In this document: positions 11,513-25,661 of the stretch, one piece after another | Layout of the letters: the number at the start of each line of letters is the position of its first letter | Numbering within the stretch: the first letter of the stretch is position 1 | Source: Seison nebaliae | Taxonomy: Eukaryota | Assembly: GCA_023231475.1 (NCBI GenBank) | Contig: JALJEE010002679.1 | Coordinates: forward strand, 1 to 64,000 | Direction: 5' to 3' | Length of the DNA: 64,000 bases | Notes under the pieces: model-generated | What the model was told of the DNA's origin: nothing | Seen by the model: the letters and a program-made list of their open reading frames with translations, nothing else | Databases searched by the model: none | Program-made: the position numbers and the translations under genes

Positions 11513-13752
11513 ATGTTCCATGACTACGATACTACCACGAACAGCAATATGAATGAAGATAATATGATGAATACGTCGACAAATTTCCGTCACCAATATT
11601 TTAAGGTGATGAAATGTCTGGAAAGAATAAATCGGGAGATTGGTGATTTCAATATGGTAAATCGTCAAACAGTTCGTGAAGCGAATGATCGAAATTTCCT
11701 TCCACTCCTCAATCATGATATCAATTCGAATCATGATGGAATTGATACAAATGACGACAACATGCCATCCACTCTAGCATCCTCCCACTCCGGAACAGTA
11801 GCAGCTGGAGCTGCTTATTCTCAATCGAACATGTTTACTTTGAATCAACATCTCAAATCATTTCGAAAACATCTCGAAAATCTTTTAAGTATTTGTCAGT
11901 TAATTGCTTACAATCAAATCAATATTGATCTCATTCTACCGTCATTCTATAAAGAGATTGATAATCAAAACCAAAACAACAACAACAATACGATTAGTGA
12001 ACTCGATAGCGATATGATCGACATTGATGATGATGACGATGATGATTTGGCCAATAGTAACATTAATAATAATGCACGAATCAATCGAGATGATAGTAAT
12101 CCGTTGAAGAAAGTGACAATGATTAAGAAGAGTTTGAAGAAGAATCGACGAAATAGTACTGGGGTAGAAGGTCGAGATATGGGCAAGGCGATTGGTGAAC
12201 AGAGACCGGTTGTAGGACCACATCATCGTTCTCGATATTCAGTCCTCCAAAATGATATTCCCGTTCTTCAACTTCTGCGATTTACTTACAGTAATTTCTG
12301 GAAAGCGCCATCGCCACCATATTTTACGGTGGAGGATCTGGTCAAAGATGATACAGTCAAATCTAAAGGAAATAAAGTGGTGGTGGAGAAGACGGAAAAG
12401 AAGCAAGCTATCAAAACTCTTCTCCGCACATGGCCCAATTGGGATTTTGAGATATTTCAATTGGAACGTCTATCCGAGAATCATCCTCTCATTCATTTAG
12501 GTATGGAAATTCTGACGGAAATGAATGTCCTCGAATTATTGTCGTGTGATAATGGGACAATGCAGAGATGGTTACATCTCATCGAAATTAATTATTATGA
12601 ATCGAATCCATATCATAATTCAACGCACGCGGCCGATGTCCTCCAATGTTCCGCTTATTTTCTCAGGAATTATGTTCTGAGACAAATCCTCTCACAAACC
12701 GAACAAGCCGTCTGTTTATTAGCTTCAATTGCTCATGATGTCGATCATCCAGGTCTGACGAACCATTTCCAAATCCATTCAGAAACCCCATTGGCCATCA
12801 TGTACAACGATACGTTAGACAAATATTTTCCATTTTTCTCATTTTTATATCGTCATATCAGATCGTGTTTAGAAAGTCATCATGCAGCAGTCATGTTTGC
12901 ATTAACGTTGCAAAATGGTAATGTCAACATCTTCAAGAATTTGCCAAAGTTCATTTATAACGAAAGAATTTTTTAATAAGAATTTCTTATTATTCTTCTA
13001 GTACTTCTTATCGGAATGTAAGAAGAGGTGTAGTCAGTGCAATTCTTGCAACAGATATGGCGAATCATGCATTTTATTTGAGTGAATTCAAAAGGAATAT
13101 ATTAGGTGAAATTCATGCATCGGAACCGTTAAGATACAGAATAAAAGTTTTTTCAAGAATTTTCATATTAAATTCAAATATTCATCTTATTAAGCCATGG
13201 TTTGCCGACAAGAAAATTAAAGCTAAAATTAGAGAACCATCGAACATCCTAACAATTTGCCAATTACTAGTGAAATGTTCGGACATTTCCAATTTGTGTC
13301 GAGCGAAACGACATTGTCGACAATGGGCGGAAAGAATCGCAGAAGAATATTGTCGAGAAGTTTCATTTGTTTGAAATTAATTCGAATTCACTTTTTCCTT
13401 TAGTTCGAATTGTCAAAGAAGAATAATATCAAACCGTTTAGCGATAAATATAATAAGGAGACGCTTTTCCTTCCGTTGAATCAATTGGAATTCTTGACAA
13501 TGACCATTCGTGATCTTTACACGTCATTCCATCGTTAACTTTTATTTTCTTACAATTTAAATTTCATTAATTTTAATCTTTGATTTGAATTCAAAAGGAT
13601 TCATTGATATTCCGGAAATTCTCGATCATATCAATGCGAATTATACATTTTGGATTGGTGAATTCAAAACAGAGGAACGTCTACGCGAATTACAAGACTT
13701 CCGAAGCAAATGGGCATGTCATGATAATAATTTCATCAAATTCCAGAAGTGA
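11513..13752 (+). CDS. Class I cyclic-nucleotide phosphodiesterase, PDE8-like; introns 12814-12861, 12949-13001, 13147-13194, 13360-13403, 13534-13597
   Basis: NPYHNSTHAADV, HDVDHPG, YNDT|SCLESHH, ILATDM, KCSDISN.CR...WAERIAEEY and invariant Gln (NQLEF) match PDE8-type catalytic-domain motifs after removing 5 GT-AG introns. Stop TGA at 13750-13752. Further upstream exons cannot be excluded. Confidence 0.88.
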
Positions 13753-15809
13753 GAATGTTGTGTGTTTGAATGAATGGATGAATTGAAGGAGAATCGATTC
13801 GAGCACACATAGTATGAAGATTCTGTGAAAAAGAATTTTAAGGGAAATTTTTTCGATCTAAAATCATTCTTTAATGTAATCATATCTCTCTTCTATTCCT
13901 GTTACATAATTGCATTGTTATTATATTTATTTAAACCGGTCTAATTCTAAATTGATTGAATTATACTTCTCTTATTAAAGTTTTTAATGAAATTATCTCA
14001 AACCATTTTCTATATTTATTCTCTCTATTCTTGTCTCAAAAACGAATTTTTAGTATTTCCTCATCCACTTTCTCTTCCTCTCCCAACTTTTTTCTATTTT
14101 CTTATATAATTTCCTTCTATTTGTATCAGTCAATCTCTAATGAATAATTTCCATTTGGTCAACTTATCCAGGGAATCGATTCCATCAAACCGGTAACGTT
14201 CTCAATGAAGTACTTATCTCTTAGATTTTCGTGAATATTCTCCTCATCTCCCCTCCCCTCAAATAAAAGAATAGATTTTAATTAACTTTAATCTTCTTCT
14301 TAAATCATTCTTCTCATGACGATGATAATTGACAAGATCGACACTTTCATGATCGCCGCACACTAACCACCCTCATACGAGCTTTGGAAATCTTTTAATC
14401 TTACTCAATCTCTGACGATGTATCTATTCATCTTGGGACTAGAATGGAAGAATGTAAACATTTTCTTTGATTAACTCGATTTGAATTATGAGGTGACATA
14501 TCGACTTTTCGGATTAGATTCATCGCATTTCTTACTTTCCATCTAAATCATCCATTATTCCACTTATAATATGCCAGTAAGCAATTAACTTTCCATTGTT
14601 CAATGTCAAATCCGTTAGTCACCATTCGAATGACAACTGCTCTCGAGAATGACCGAACAAAATGTTATTGTATTATTTCCCTCATGCAATAAAACTATAA
14701 TCACCAATTTGTCTAACGTTCTCCCACGAAAATTTATTCTATTCATACATCAAATGGAGGAAATTATCATAAATTTGTTCGACTTATTTTCCTTGCCCAG
14801 TCTGAGGGAAAACATCTTGTCAGATCAATAAATATCATAATACGTAATGTTTCTTTCTTTATAGCTCTTATATCATAAAAATATTTAAATTGTATTAATG
14901 AGCAATAAATTTCACGCAATTCTAATTAGGTCATTTTCCTTGGTTTCTAACATGAAATATATTTATTAGTTAAAATCTTAAAAACATCATCTAATTTTCT
15001 ACTGTTAATTCTTCTTTCAATTCATTTAATTTTTTGGAATTTTGCGTTTCCTATTTTATTTGATCTTTCCTTTCTTATTTATCATTTTCATTCTCGGTTG
15101 GTATTTTCAAATAGTATATGGAGAATTGATTGGGTTGTGGGCTTTATTCTTTTTCCTTGGATTATTTCCTGGCAAAAAATAACGGAATAGAAATTTTTTT
15201 TGATTTAAATCTTCTCCAGCATTGAAATTTGACTAATCAATTTATCAATTTCTTTCAAATGTCTTGTAACTGTATTCGAATAAAAGAGGAATTCTTACAC
15301 TCACTTACAATTCTTCTTCCATTAAACTTGGGATGTTAATTAGTTTCCATGTCGTCAATCCGGATTCCTCCAATTTATTTCACAACTATCAGTTTCAATA
15401 GAATTTTTTAGGAAATAGCATTAGAACGACGATTTACCATTGGAAGAGGATGAAAGTCTCAAAGAAAAAGGGAAATTTGATTAATTTCATTCTTATTTCT
15501 ATGACACCTTTTCCTCCGGGGAGAAATACTCTTCGAATTTGAATCCATAAATTACAGAATAAAAGTCCAGTATAATATTCGATTATCCTCATTCTAAGTG
15601 GCTCCTTTTCACATAATGCTTCTTCAATACGTCCGTGGTTCACTAAAATTGGAGATTTTGATTATATACGTAATCAGAAAAATTAATATTAGACATCAAA
15701 TAAATGTTAGTAAGAAATCACAGTTAAATTCGGAAAAAGGTAGGATGGTTTTTTTTCATCAAATTTTTCTCAATATCAAACATTCATTTTCGATCTTATA
15801 ATTTGTGAA

Positions 15810-16238
15810 AGGCGTAGCGATTTCGTGCGCCACTTATGGTACGATCGCGCTTATTAGGTTAGGCTAAATAGATACTTATCTTATAAATGATTAAGGTAAC
15901 TTGCTACATAAAATGTATGTAATATGGTGATAAATAAATATAGTATGGTTTTTCGATTGAATAATTGAACTACCGTGAGCCCAACTCAACCTAACTATTC
16001 TGTGTGATAGAACTTTGATAGCATCAATAAAGTAAAATATTAATTTACCGTTTAATTTGTTTATTTTACTGTTTAAAAAGGTTTTGTTGCTGGATAAACC
16101 GTAAAAACAGTCCATTTAGCAAAATTGAATTTTTTGAAAAAAGGAGTAGAACTGTTCGTTTTTTAGGGGGCAGATCTGTCCGTTTTTTTTATTTAATTTG
16201 GGAGTAGAAATTTGAAGGAATAGAACTGTTTGGGTACC
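15810..16238. mobile_element. Degenerate MITE-like fragment(s), including a family-A terminus
   Basis: GGAGTAGAACTGTTCG, GGGGCAGATCTGTCCG and GGAATAGAACTGTTTGGGTACC at 16140-16238 match the motif at 1-185. A GC-rich GCGATTTCGTGCGCC...TTAGGTTAGG block lies at about 15817-15863. Confidence 0.5.
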
Positions 16239-16899
16239 TTAAGTAAAACATTAAACAATCATAATCTAGTAGAAAGTCAAAATCGTACTAAATTTGTCTT
16301 ATGTTAGTTTAATGGTCAATCCTTGATCAATCCTTGAGGAAAGACTCATAAGAGAAAGCGTGTAATTAGATTGGTACAGAGATACGAGGAAGACCAAGTA
16401 GTTACGTTTATTCACTTTATAATATGCACCATATGTATTTCCATGAAACAACTATAAATTTCCCAAAATGTTTTGATTTAACTAAAAACTAAAACATTCT
16501 TTCTTTAACGACAAGGCTCTATGTTGGCTCTCTCTGGATGATTCACTTTAGGTAAAACCAAGTTGAACTTTTCATTCAGCCAATCTAGTTGAACTCAACA
16601 GAAATTTAAATTCAAATTGTTAAATACCACTTGTTGGACCTCTGTCGATGAACTTGTGATAGTTTAATGCTATTTATAATATCGTTAAAATATGGTATGG
16701 GCGAAAGACACATGTTTTGCAATCAATATAAATGGAAAAATCTGCCGTTATGGATAATACTATTTTTTCTTCATTTTTTTATGGAAATTCTATTTAATGG
16801 AAAGTAGCCCAAACACCAATTCCAATTTTATTTTATCTTCTCCCCTTTTTCCATTGTCCCGTGGCCATTAAAGTTAGATAAAGAATATTTCCGATTTAT

Positions 16900-17450
16900 T
16901 GTTGATTTAGACATCTTAAGCGTTATAGTAAGGAAGCTTGACTGTTCATTTTTTAATGCATCATTTAATTTACTTAAATTTCATTTAGGTATTGATAGAT
17001 TTATATATTCACCAAGAATCATCCTCAACAGCATACACTTCTGATCATAGGTCATACCCATTTGATCATTCACTTGTGTTTAGCCAGAGGAAATTCTCCA
17101 ATTTCATTTTCCAAGGTCTCTCGATACTAATATTTTAAAAAGATGAAAAATTTTCCATAATGGAAAAACCGGATGAGAAAATTACCATTGTTCTGCTAGA
17201 GGATATCACCGTTTAATTGGAACGAATTTAGAAAGGCATGCACAACCTTCTATCAATTCATCTATGAACCTATACCGACGAGAAAAGTTTGTGAATCGTT
17301 AGAAACTATACTTATTATTGTTTGTTCTTTCAAGTGAATTTCTTTCATTCAAATTGTAGCATAAGTTGTAGTAAACTGTTTATAAACTGTTATAACTTTA
17401 AACGTAATATAGTTTTGATAACGAGTTAGCAATACAGATGCAGCGAATGT
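16900..17450 (-). mobile_element. Possible highly decayed retrotransposon integrase remnant
   Basis: Broken minus-strand translation gives KYSF..NFSR, DIL*QNNGNFL and SNG in the order expected for rve motifs (KYLL.VD.FSR, I.SDNG..F, PQSNG). Many stops and frameshifts. Confidence 0.3.
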
Positions 17451-20400
17451 AGAAGATTTTTAAAAAACATGAAAATTCTTCAGTATAGATTATATACTTA
17501 TTAGATTCACAAGTACATGTCAATTGATAATTTATCACCCCTAAGAAGATAATAGCCATTTTACATTATATTGGAAGTGAAATTGGACATTTGGCTTACA
17601 TAAAAATAATTGGGGAAAAAACGTCGGGAAATGTTCACATGTAATTAGGCATTTTTCTTACATTGTTAGTCATTTAACATCTTTATTCAAACATTGGTAA
17701 TTTTAACCTCGTGTTCAATGAGTTTTTTTTGACGGAAACTGAATTTTTTCAAAAATAATGTATAAACTTACATGAGTTTAGATTTAGTTTTACTGGGATT
17801 GATTGAATTTAGTTTAATTGAAATTGTTTTCTAATACATAGAATTCCTTCCTATGTGAATCGATACATCATTACAATATAACAGGAACATATTTTTTTAG
17901 TGGATAAGACTTTTTCCGTAACAAACCTTAATTGTAACTATTCAAAGAGAAAATTGACATATTTCCCCAATTATTCATACACTCTCATGCAGTCATTAGT
18001 GTAATTTTAAATAGTCGTTTGAACTTTTAATTGTAGGTCATTTATCAAATTATCCATAATGTTCGAGAGAAATGTGTTGATTAAAGATCGTTTATCCAAG
18101 AATATCTAGTTCACTTGTCAACTTTCATGTATTGTTACTTCTCATTGGCATCTCCATCTATCAATCGGATGTTCTTCAATTATTGACTGATTATTCGTAA
18201 TTGCTCATCAGTTTCATATGTTTTATCGTTATATTCTTTATAAATTAATTGATCTCATAAACATGAATTTCCAAGATTTCGTTGGTCGTTCAAAAACAGA
18301 AGTCTGGACAAAAGTAATTATCGATATGTGTTGGACTAATCGTCCTAGAATGTAATAAGAGATAAGTGAATAATTCAAATTATTCAACATTGTATTGCTT
18401 TGCTTATCATCTGAATATCTATGATATACAATCGAGTAATATACAACAATTTAGTATAAATTTCTTGAAAAAATAGAGAGCGCGAAGAATAATTCAATTA
18501 CAAATCTTTCAATTAGTGAAAAAATGAAGAACATCGAGGAGTTCGGTACCATATCATAATAATTCCATATTATTATTCTCCTTTAATTTGATTTGAGTTT
18601 GAATTTGGCATTGCATCAACATACGAATAATCACTAATTGTACAATAATATTGAACAATAATAAGAAATAGGAGATTGTTAAAATTTCTGATCGTGTCTT
18701 ACTCAGAAGGAGTAACTTGTTTATTGTTTTTCTTCAACTTCCATTTAATATTACATCATCATTCACTTTCTCCTTAATAATTCTCCGACTATTTATATTA
18801 TTATTGATGCTTATGAGCTCACGACCAATTGAAATCAGGATTTGGTATTGAAAGATTAATAAATTATTGTTGAGAATGGTTTAGTTGACATTATACTATG
18901 TGGGTGTATGATTTCCGAAACGGAAAACTTCTCATTGATACTTGATCTTCTCTATTATATTGGACTCTGTCGAGAGAATGCTAATGGTAAGTGTAAAGAA
19001 TTAAACAGTCGTTCCCTGCAGGAGACATGCATCGTTTTCGAAGGGTTCCATAATTAATCTATAATTCGATTACAATAAATTTTCTCGATCACTGAACCAA
19101 TGATTAATATTACGTAATTTTTACCCTAACTTACCATCTAAATATCTCTTAGATTATTCTCAAAACTAAATCATAAATTTCCATCAGATTGAGATAAGTT
19201 CATATAAATCGACGATTTTCTTGCCTAAGCGTCGATTTCCATCAAACAGATTTTTTGTCCAATATCCTCTCTATTTACATTATGCGCAGAACAAACGTAT
19301 GATGATATCTGAGAAAAACATTCGTATTTGTTATTTATAGGAATGATATTGTTAATTCTCTTATCTATGGAACAGCACGAACTGACTTGTTTCCTTCTTC
19401 ATTTTTCCTTCCAATCCTTTTTTTCCTTTTCCCAATTAGGCAATATTAATTTGTTCGCTAGACTTATTTATATGAGCGCAATTTAGTTAAAGGGGAGAAA
19501 GGTATGGGAGATTATGGGAAAATATGCTAATTTATTAGATGATGATTAAGAAGGATGTCATATTTTCATTTTGTTGATTGCAACATGTTGTTCGTGGAGG
19601 AAGACATTGAACTGTTATAATAATAATGTGGATTTATTGAATATTAGTCATTAAGCACCAATCAAAATTTTCGTTAGCTATCAAATGTAATATTATTTAA
19701 AAAATTGGGATTTTCTCCTCTAAATCATTTTCATCTTAATCCTTTCGCACGCGTTTAATCGACATATTTAGTTATTTTCTTCATGTCCTCTATTGTTAAT
19801 GAGTAATGTATGTGTGAAATATACCTCATTATGTTTTCTGGAATGGGAAAACATACCTCATCAGATGAATTGAGAAGAATCCGTTTCGTATCAACTTAAT
19901 TGCGGAATGAAATATAATTATTATCATCTAATATAATTATACTCAATTATACATCTCATTCGCAATAAATGATGACTGATAAATGAGAGTAACCTTCAGC
20001 CACATTCTGTTAACTAATATTCCGCGAATTCTTATAATAGGATTTTATTACTGATGAAAAGATATCTTACACAATGCGACCATCTTACCTTCTAAATTTC
20101 CATTTGAATGCTAATGCTCATCGAAGTGTAATTCTCTATCTATCTCGATAACATGAGCATTTTATCTTCCAAATCTTTACTCGATGGTTTACTAACCATA
20201 TCATGGAAAAATATATGTTATGGTAATTATATTTTGGATATGCAATTTAGATACTGATTTTGGTACATGATCTATTCATGAATTTTTTTATTCCTAATAC
20301 ATTTTTGAACTTGAAAAATGAGAGTATTTCCATAATAAAATTCCGTGAAATATAATGATTCACACGGTTTGTTATTTATTATTTTATGATATACTTAATG

Positions 20401-20586
20401 GATATCTATCTGCATAATTCGACGACTTTCTTATTTTTAGTTTATTATAGAAAACTTTTCTTGTCATGATTATTATGAATTTTACTTTAAAATATTAATC
20501 AAAGAATCAAGTAGTACTTGAGTACAATGTTAATTTCAAGTAAATTTTACGTATATCCTCTTATTACATGATATGGTACTTCAATT

Positions 20587-21495
20587 GGGTTATGAGCGGA
20601 ATTCACCCTCGTTTCAGTTCACCATCTTCTCTATTTTCGGAGCGGAACTCACTGAAATTTCGGAGCGGAACTCACCCTATTTTTTCTATTTCGGAGCGGA
20701 ACTCACCCATTTTTTTTCAATTTCGGAGAGGAACTCACCCTGAGTAAATTCACCCTTTTGGTTAAAATTCGTAGAGGAACTCACCTCATAAAAAAATCCC
20801 CATATTTTTCAAAATATTAGTAATAATTAAAATATTGATAATGATTGAATACTAATAATTTATGGTTCATTCTCACTCTCAATCTCAAATGGTGGAGGTA
20901 GAAAAATTCATAATTCAATCAAACAAGACGAATTAAAAATGCGATTTTGATAATATTAATCGATAAAAACGATGTATTAATATGGAATCATTTGCCATAA
21001 ATGAGCGGTGTGATCTTAATTCAAATTCAAATGTATGACTTCAATATTTTTTTTAATTTTTCAATCAACAGAAATTTTTTGGATATAGTTCCAATGATCG
21101 ACTACTATTAGGATATGCCGACTTCGACGTGTATTTGGCATAGCGGGTTGCCATTCTTATTGTAATTAATTGGAGAAAGAGTCTATTAATGTCAAATTAT
21201 TTCAAAGCGTCTCGACACCATAAACCTATTATCCAATTAAGGAACGGTTCCTGTTTTAGAAGACCTCATCAGAGATTTTTTATTATTTTTCCAGTTTTAC
21301 AAACGCGGTGAGCTTCTCTCCGAAAAACAGAGTGATTTCCTCTGGGCAGTGAAAAAATAGGTGAGTTCTTCTCCGAATTGCTGTATTAAGGATTTTTTCA
21401 TAGAGTGAGTTCCTCTCCGAAATTAGAGTGATTTCCGCTCCGAAAAGTAAACAGAGGGTGAGTTCCTCTATAAAGTGAGTACCGCTCCTAGATTC
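20587..21495. mobile_element. Non-autonomous foldback/MULE-like DNA transposon (family B) with inverted subterminal repeat arrays and TSD
   Basis: Left arm 20587-20785 has tandem CGGAG(C/A)GGAA(C/T)TCACCC; right arm about 21305-21495 has the reverse complement (GGTGAGTTCCTCTCCG). Flanked by the direct repeat CTTCAATT (20579-20586 and 21496-21503). No ORF of note inside. Confidence 0.8.
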
Positions 21496-21620
21496 CTTCA
21501 ATTCAATGAATCTTATTGTTTCCGCCAATGCAAAGTATTGCGTCGGTCATTGATCATTGATTTCCATCATTGATTTTCTAAAAGACTTTCTTCTCCTTTT
21601 TCTAACAAGTACGTTGTAAG

Positions 21621-22575
21621 AAGTCGCGGAGACGTATTCACTCGGTGTTTTCGCTCACCCTCTTATTTGTTTTGAGAGAGAAATTCATCCAAAATTTCGG
21701 AGAAGAATTCACTCTCAAAATAGTGATAAATTCATTTCGGAGAGAAATTCACCATTTAGATCGATATCGGAGAGGAATTCACCCACTTTCTTTGATTTCG
21801 GAGAGGAATTCACTCTAAATTTTTTTTCCTAACATAAGTTAGGAAAACGGAAAAAACACTTTTTTTTCCCACTTTTAAAAAATCTCAACGCCACATTCAA
21901 AAGCTCGACACAAAAAGTCCACAGTTTCTACTTCAATAGGAGGAAGTAAAAAATTCATGATGCACTGATAGAAGATTTACTAAGATTTGCCGTTTTTTTT
22001 ATCTTTCAAAATTGATTGATTAAATTCCACATTTATCATGGTAGGTTTAATGTTTTGATCTAATTTAAATAGATTAATTGATCATAAGATTGTTCAATCA
22101 ATTATTTGATTAAGGGATTCTTTAGGAAATATTCTGGTACTTTACGTCTGAAAACGGTATATGTATATTAAAGCTATGATTCTATTAAAATATTTACTAA
22201 TTACAATGTCAAGCGCTCATTTGAGCATTGCTATGACTTTAAAAATCATGCTAAAATCGAAATAGCTTCGAAAAAAATGTGAAATTATAAGGCTCTCCGA
22301 AAAAGTGGAAGAAGATAAATTTCTCTTGGAAAATTTCAAATTAGAGTGAATTCCTCCCCGAAAAACTAAAAATAGAGCGAATTTCTGTCCGAAATCTTAA
22401 AATTTGAGTGAATCCCTCTCCAAAAAATATTTTATAAGGTGAATAATCGAGTGAATTCCGCTCCGATATTTGAGCGAATACAGCTCCGTATATGAAAAAC
22501 AGAGTGAATACTTCCATAAGGTGAATAACGGTACTTAGAATGGAATCCCGGAGCGGTATTCACCTTATGGAGGAT
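21621..22575. mobile_element. Second family-B-related foldback element, plus an abutting truncated terminus
   Basis: CGGAGAGGAATTCAC repeats at 21625-21815 and the inverse GTGAATTCCTC(C/T)CCG-type repeats at about 22340-22530. A further terminus GGAATCCCGGAGCGGTATTCAC starts at 22542. Confidence 0.7.
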
Positions 22576-23949
22576 ACGGCACCTTTCGTCTGATATTTGG
22601 TAGACATTGCATAGACTGAAGGGAAGTAAATGATATTTATGATAATTTTTATAAATTTTAATTCGTTCGTCAAGTTTAATACGTATCCTACTGTACGTTA
22701 TAATCAACATGGTTAATGTCGGATTGTTCTTTATTCGTATATCATTCTGTCGAACACTATTGGCACAGTAAGATGGAAATGTATTGTAGTTATTCCTCTC
22801 ATGCATTTCCGTCAGTAATAAAAATGAAGAATTTTAGAAGAAGATCAATGGTTCTGTGAAAATGTTTCATGCAAATCGACTGTATTGTCTACGTCATTTC
22901 ATTCTCCATTCTATGATTGTCTTATACTAAACGAATTATATGATCAGTTAATAGTTTTCCATTTCCCCTACGGGGATTGATGACATTTAATAAAATAATA
23001 ATAAATTGAATGAAACGTACGATGTGACAACATTTTTAGATTTGCTTGACACCATTAAGGAAGTCGAATTTCCGTTATCATCTTATGTCATAAAAAGGAA
23101 AATCAGTGTGGAGAAGAAATAATTTGATAATAATTATAATTTGGTAAAATATTAAATATTCACAATTTCCAAAATAAACATTACATTTCGAGCAAATATA
23201 ATTAAGGTGACACTTAACTTTCATCTATTACTTAATCTCGTGCTAAAAATCGAAAGAATAGACCACTTCTATTAAGAACGAGGGAGATGAATTAGAATTA
23301 GGAGAGACTCATACTTCTTCCTCAAAATTATACTAATGGATCGCAGTGGAAAACTCCATTTTCTGTTTGGTGGATGAAGTCGATGAAGTTTAGAGGAAAT
23401 GGAAAATTTTTGTTCAATTCCAATCTCAATGATTTTCAATTTCGCACGACACACTCTTAATTGGTAGGGTACATATACCTAATATGTAATAATTCTAATG
23501 ACATTCCTAATGATTTACTTCAACCAAATCTAAATAATTAATGTCCTACATGTTCATTTCCTTATTCCAATGATAACTAATCCATCGGTTCGTTATGAGT
23601 CGTTTGAAAACCTGACATTTTATGAGCAATTTATTAGTAGATACAAAAAAGCGACTTATTCGTCGAACGACTCGATTAACGTCCCTCATGAAAATAACCA
23701 GTTCGATTAAATTATGTTAATTGAATGCAAATAAACTATTTCTGTCATTTGTATTTACTTCTTCTTCCAATCATTCCTTCTTTTAGTGAATAAATCAAAT
23801 ATTCATCTAACTAATTCCACTTCCTTATCTTCGACACATTTTTAATAAATTTTTCTTCTGAATTTTCTTCAAAAATCCTATTTTTTTGTTTGCAGAAAAA
23901 ATTAGATTTATCTGTGAAATATAAGAGAAATTTCCAATTTATAATTAGA

Positions 23950-25661
23950 ATGTCATCTTCTGATCAAACCGGAATGTTACAGATTGGCGTAATGGCTATC
24001 ATTTATTCGGTGGTCTTCATTTTCGGTTGTCTGGGAAATTCAGCAGTTTGCTACATTATGGCTACGAGACAAAAGATGAGAACGGCGCGAAATTTAATTC
24101 TGTTGAATCTCGCCATCTCCGATCAATTGGTCATTTTATTCGGAATTCCCATCACTTTCTATTATATTATTAATGAGCATTGGAAATTAGGCGATGTTCT
24201 TTGTCGTTTGTCAACTTTCCCACAAATTGTCAGTATTATCGTCACAGCGCTCACCATAACATTCATTTCGATTGATCGATATATTCTCATTCTTCATTCG
24301 AATCGTTCTCATTTATCGAAGAATAAAGTTCGATTTATTATTGGAATGATTTGGTTGACTGCCATCATATTCGCAACGCCAAGTATCATCTTTCGTGAAA
24401 CATCGAATTATGAGAATATTTCATTTCCTAACGAAACATTTCCTTTGGAAAATTTAAAAGTTTATTTTAATCAAATCGGTTTACCCGAATATATGTCGAA
24501 AGTGGTTTGTGCCGAAGCGAACATCTCACCTAAAATCCGTATTGGATATGATGTGAGTATTCTCGTCGTACAATATGTATTACCCGTGTCAACATTAACA
24601 TTTACATTCCTTCGCATATGTTCCATGTTATCAGCACATATGAGTCATCTTCGATATAAATATTCAAATCGAAACGGAGAACCACCAAAGAAATCGAATA
24701 CATTTCTCATTCAACGAATGTCCTCCATCATCAAGAAACATTCAACTAGTCAAACTGGTCCGACAACTCAACTTTCTCCTACTAATGTCTCTGCGACTCC
24801 CACACCAAATGTTGATCAGAAAGCGAAATTATCTCTTGTTACTGATCATAATCGACATAAGAGAAGTCTTTATTTATTAATGTCGATAACACTCTTCTTT
24901 TGCATTTCTTGGTTACCGCTAAACATATTTAATATGAAGACATCGTTAATGACACCGGAAATACCGAATGGATTAGAAGAGATAGCCGATGAACCGATTC
25001 AATCAATTACCAATTTCTATTTATTATTCTTCGCATTTCACGTTTTGGCCTTAAGTTCGGCTTGTGCCAATCCCATATTATATGGTTGGTTGAACACTAA
25101 TTTCAATAAGGAATTCCGATTACTCTTCAAGAGAATCAAGAATAAATGTCAACAAGATAAACCGGCTCCACTCATTAAAACCTCACCTAAACATTCGACA
25201 GCGAAAACTGTCGTTTCTGTGAAAAGGAATAATGATTCCAGCAATTCCTTAATCTCCAAAAATAGTTTCTTGACGTTAATATAATTTATTTATTCTTTTT
25301 CATAATAAAATACATTTTATTTCTCAGGAAAACGTTGAAAACGCTCAACTCGGCACAAACCATCATTTCGATAAAGAAAACTCGTTCGTTGAATGAAGTG
25401 ATGAAGGAAGTCACTGAATCACCAAACCATCAAAAGAAGAAAACTGGTGAACATGTAGTGAATGAAGTTCCCATAAATTGTATGTCTATGGAATCGTATC
25501 CATATCCATTCAATACACCTGAAGGTGACACATTTCCTGGAACGTATTTCAATGAAGCAACTGATCAACGAAGCAATGAAATTCGAGTTTCGTCCATGAA
25601 ATTATCAAGAATTGAATTGAGATTACTAAACAAGAATGAAATGAAGAATAATTTCTTATAA
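23950..25661 (+). CDS. Class A neuropeptide GPCR, NPY/NPF-receptor-like; intron 25275-25327
   Basis: Seven TM segments with GN (TM1), TARNLILLNLAISD (TM2), W.LG..LC, SIDRY, CISWLPLN and HVLALSSACANPILYGWLN.NF.KEF, typical of NPF/NPY receptors. The 53-nt intron joins in frame to ORF 25335-25661. Confidence 0.88.

Noticed and set aside
20587..22575. Regularly spaced short repeats resembling a CRISPR array
   Set aside because: Repeats are about 17 bp and degenerate, spacers are short A/T tracts, the arrays are inverted relative to each other, and there are no cas genes in this eukaryotic context. A transposon explains them better.
23890..23949. N-terminal extension of the GPCR ORF (also 27027-27083 for ACADVL)
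   Set aside because: These extensions start at TTG in AT-rich UTR- or intron-like sequence; the first ATG is the better start.
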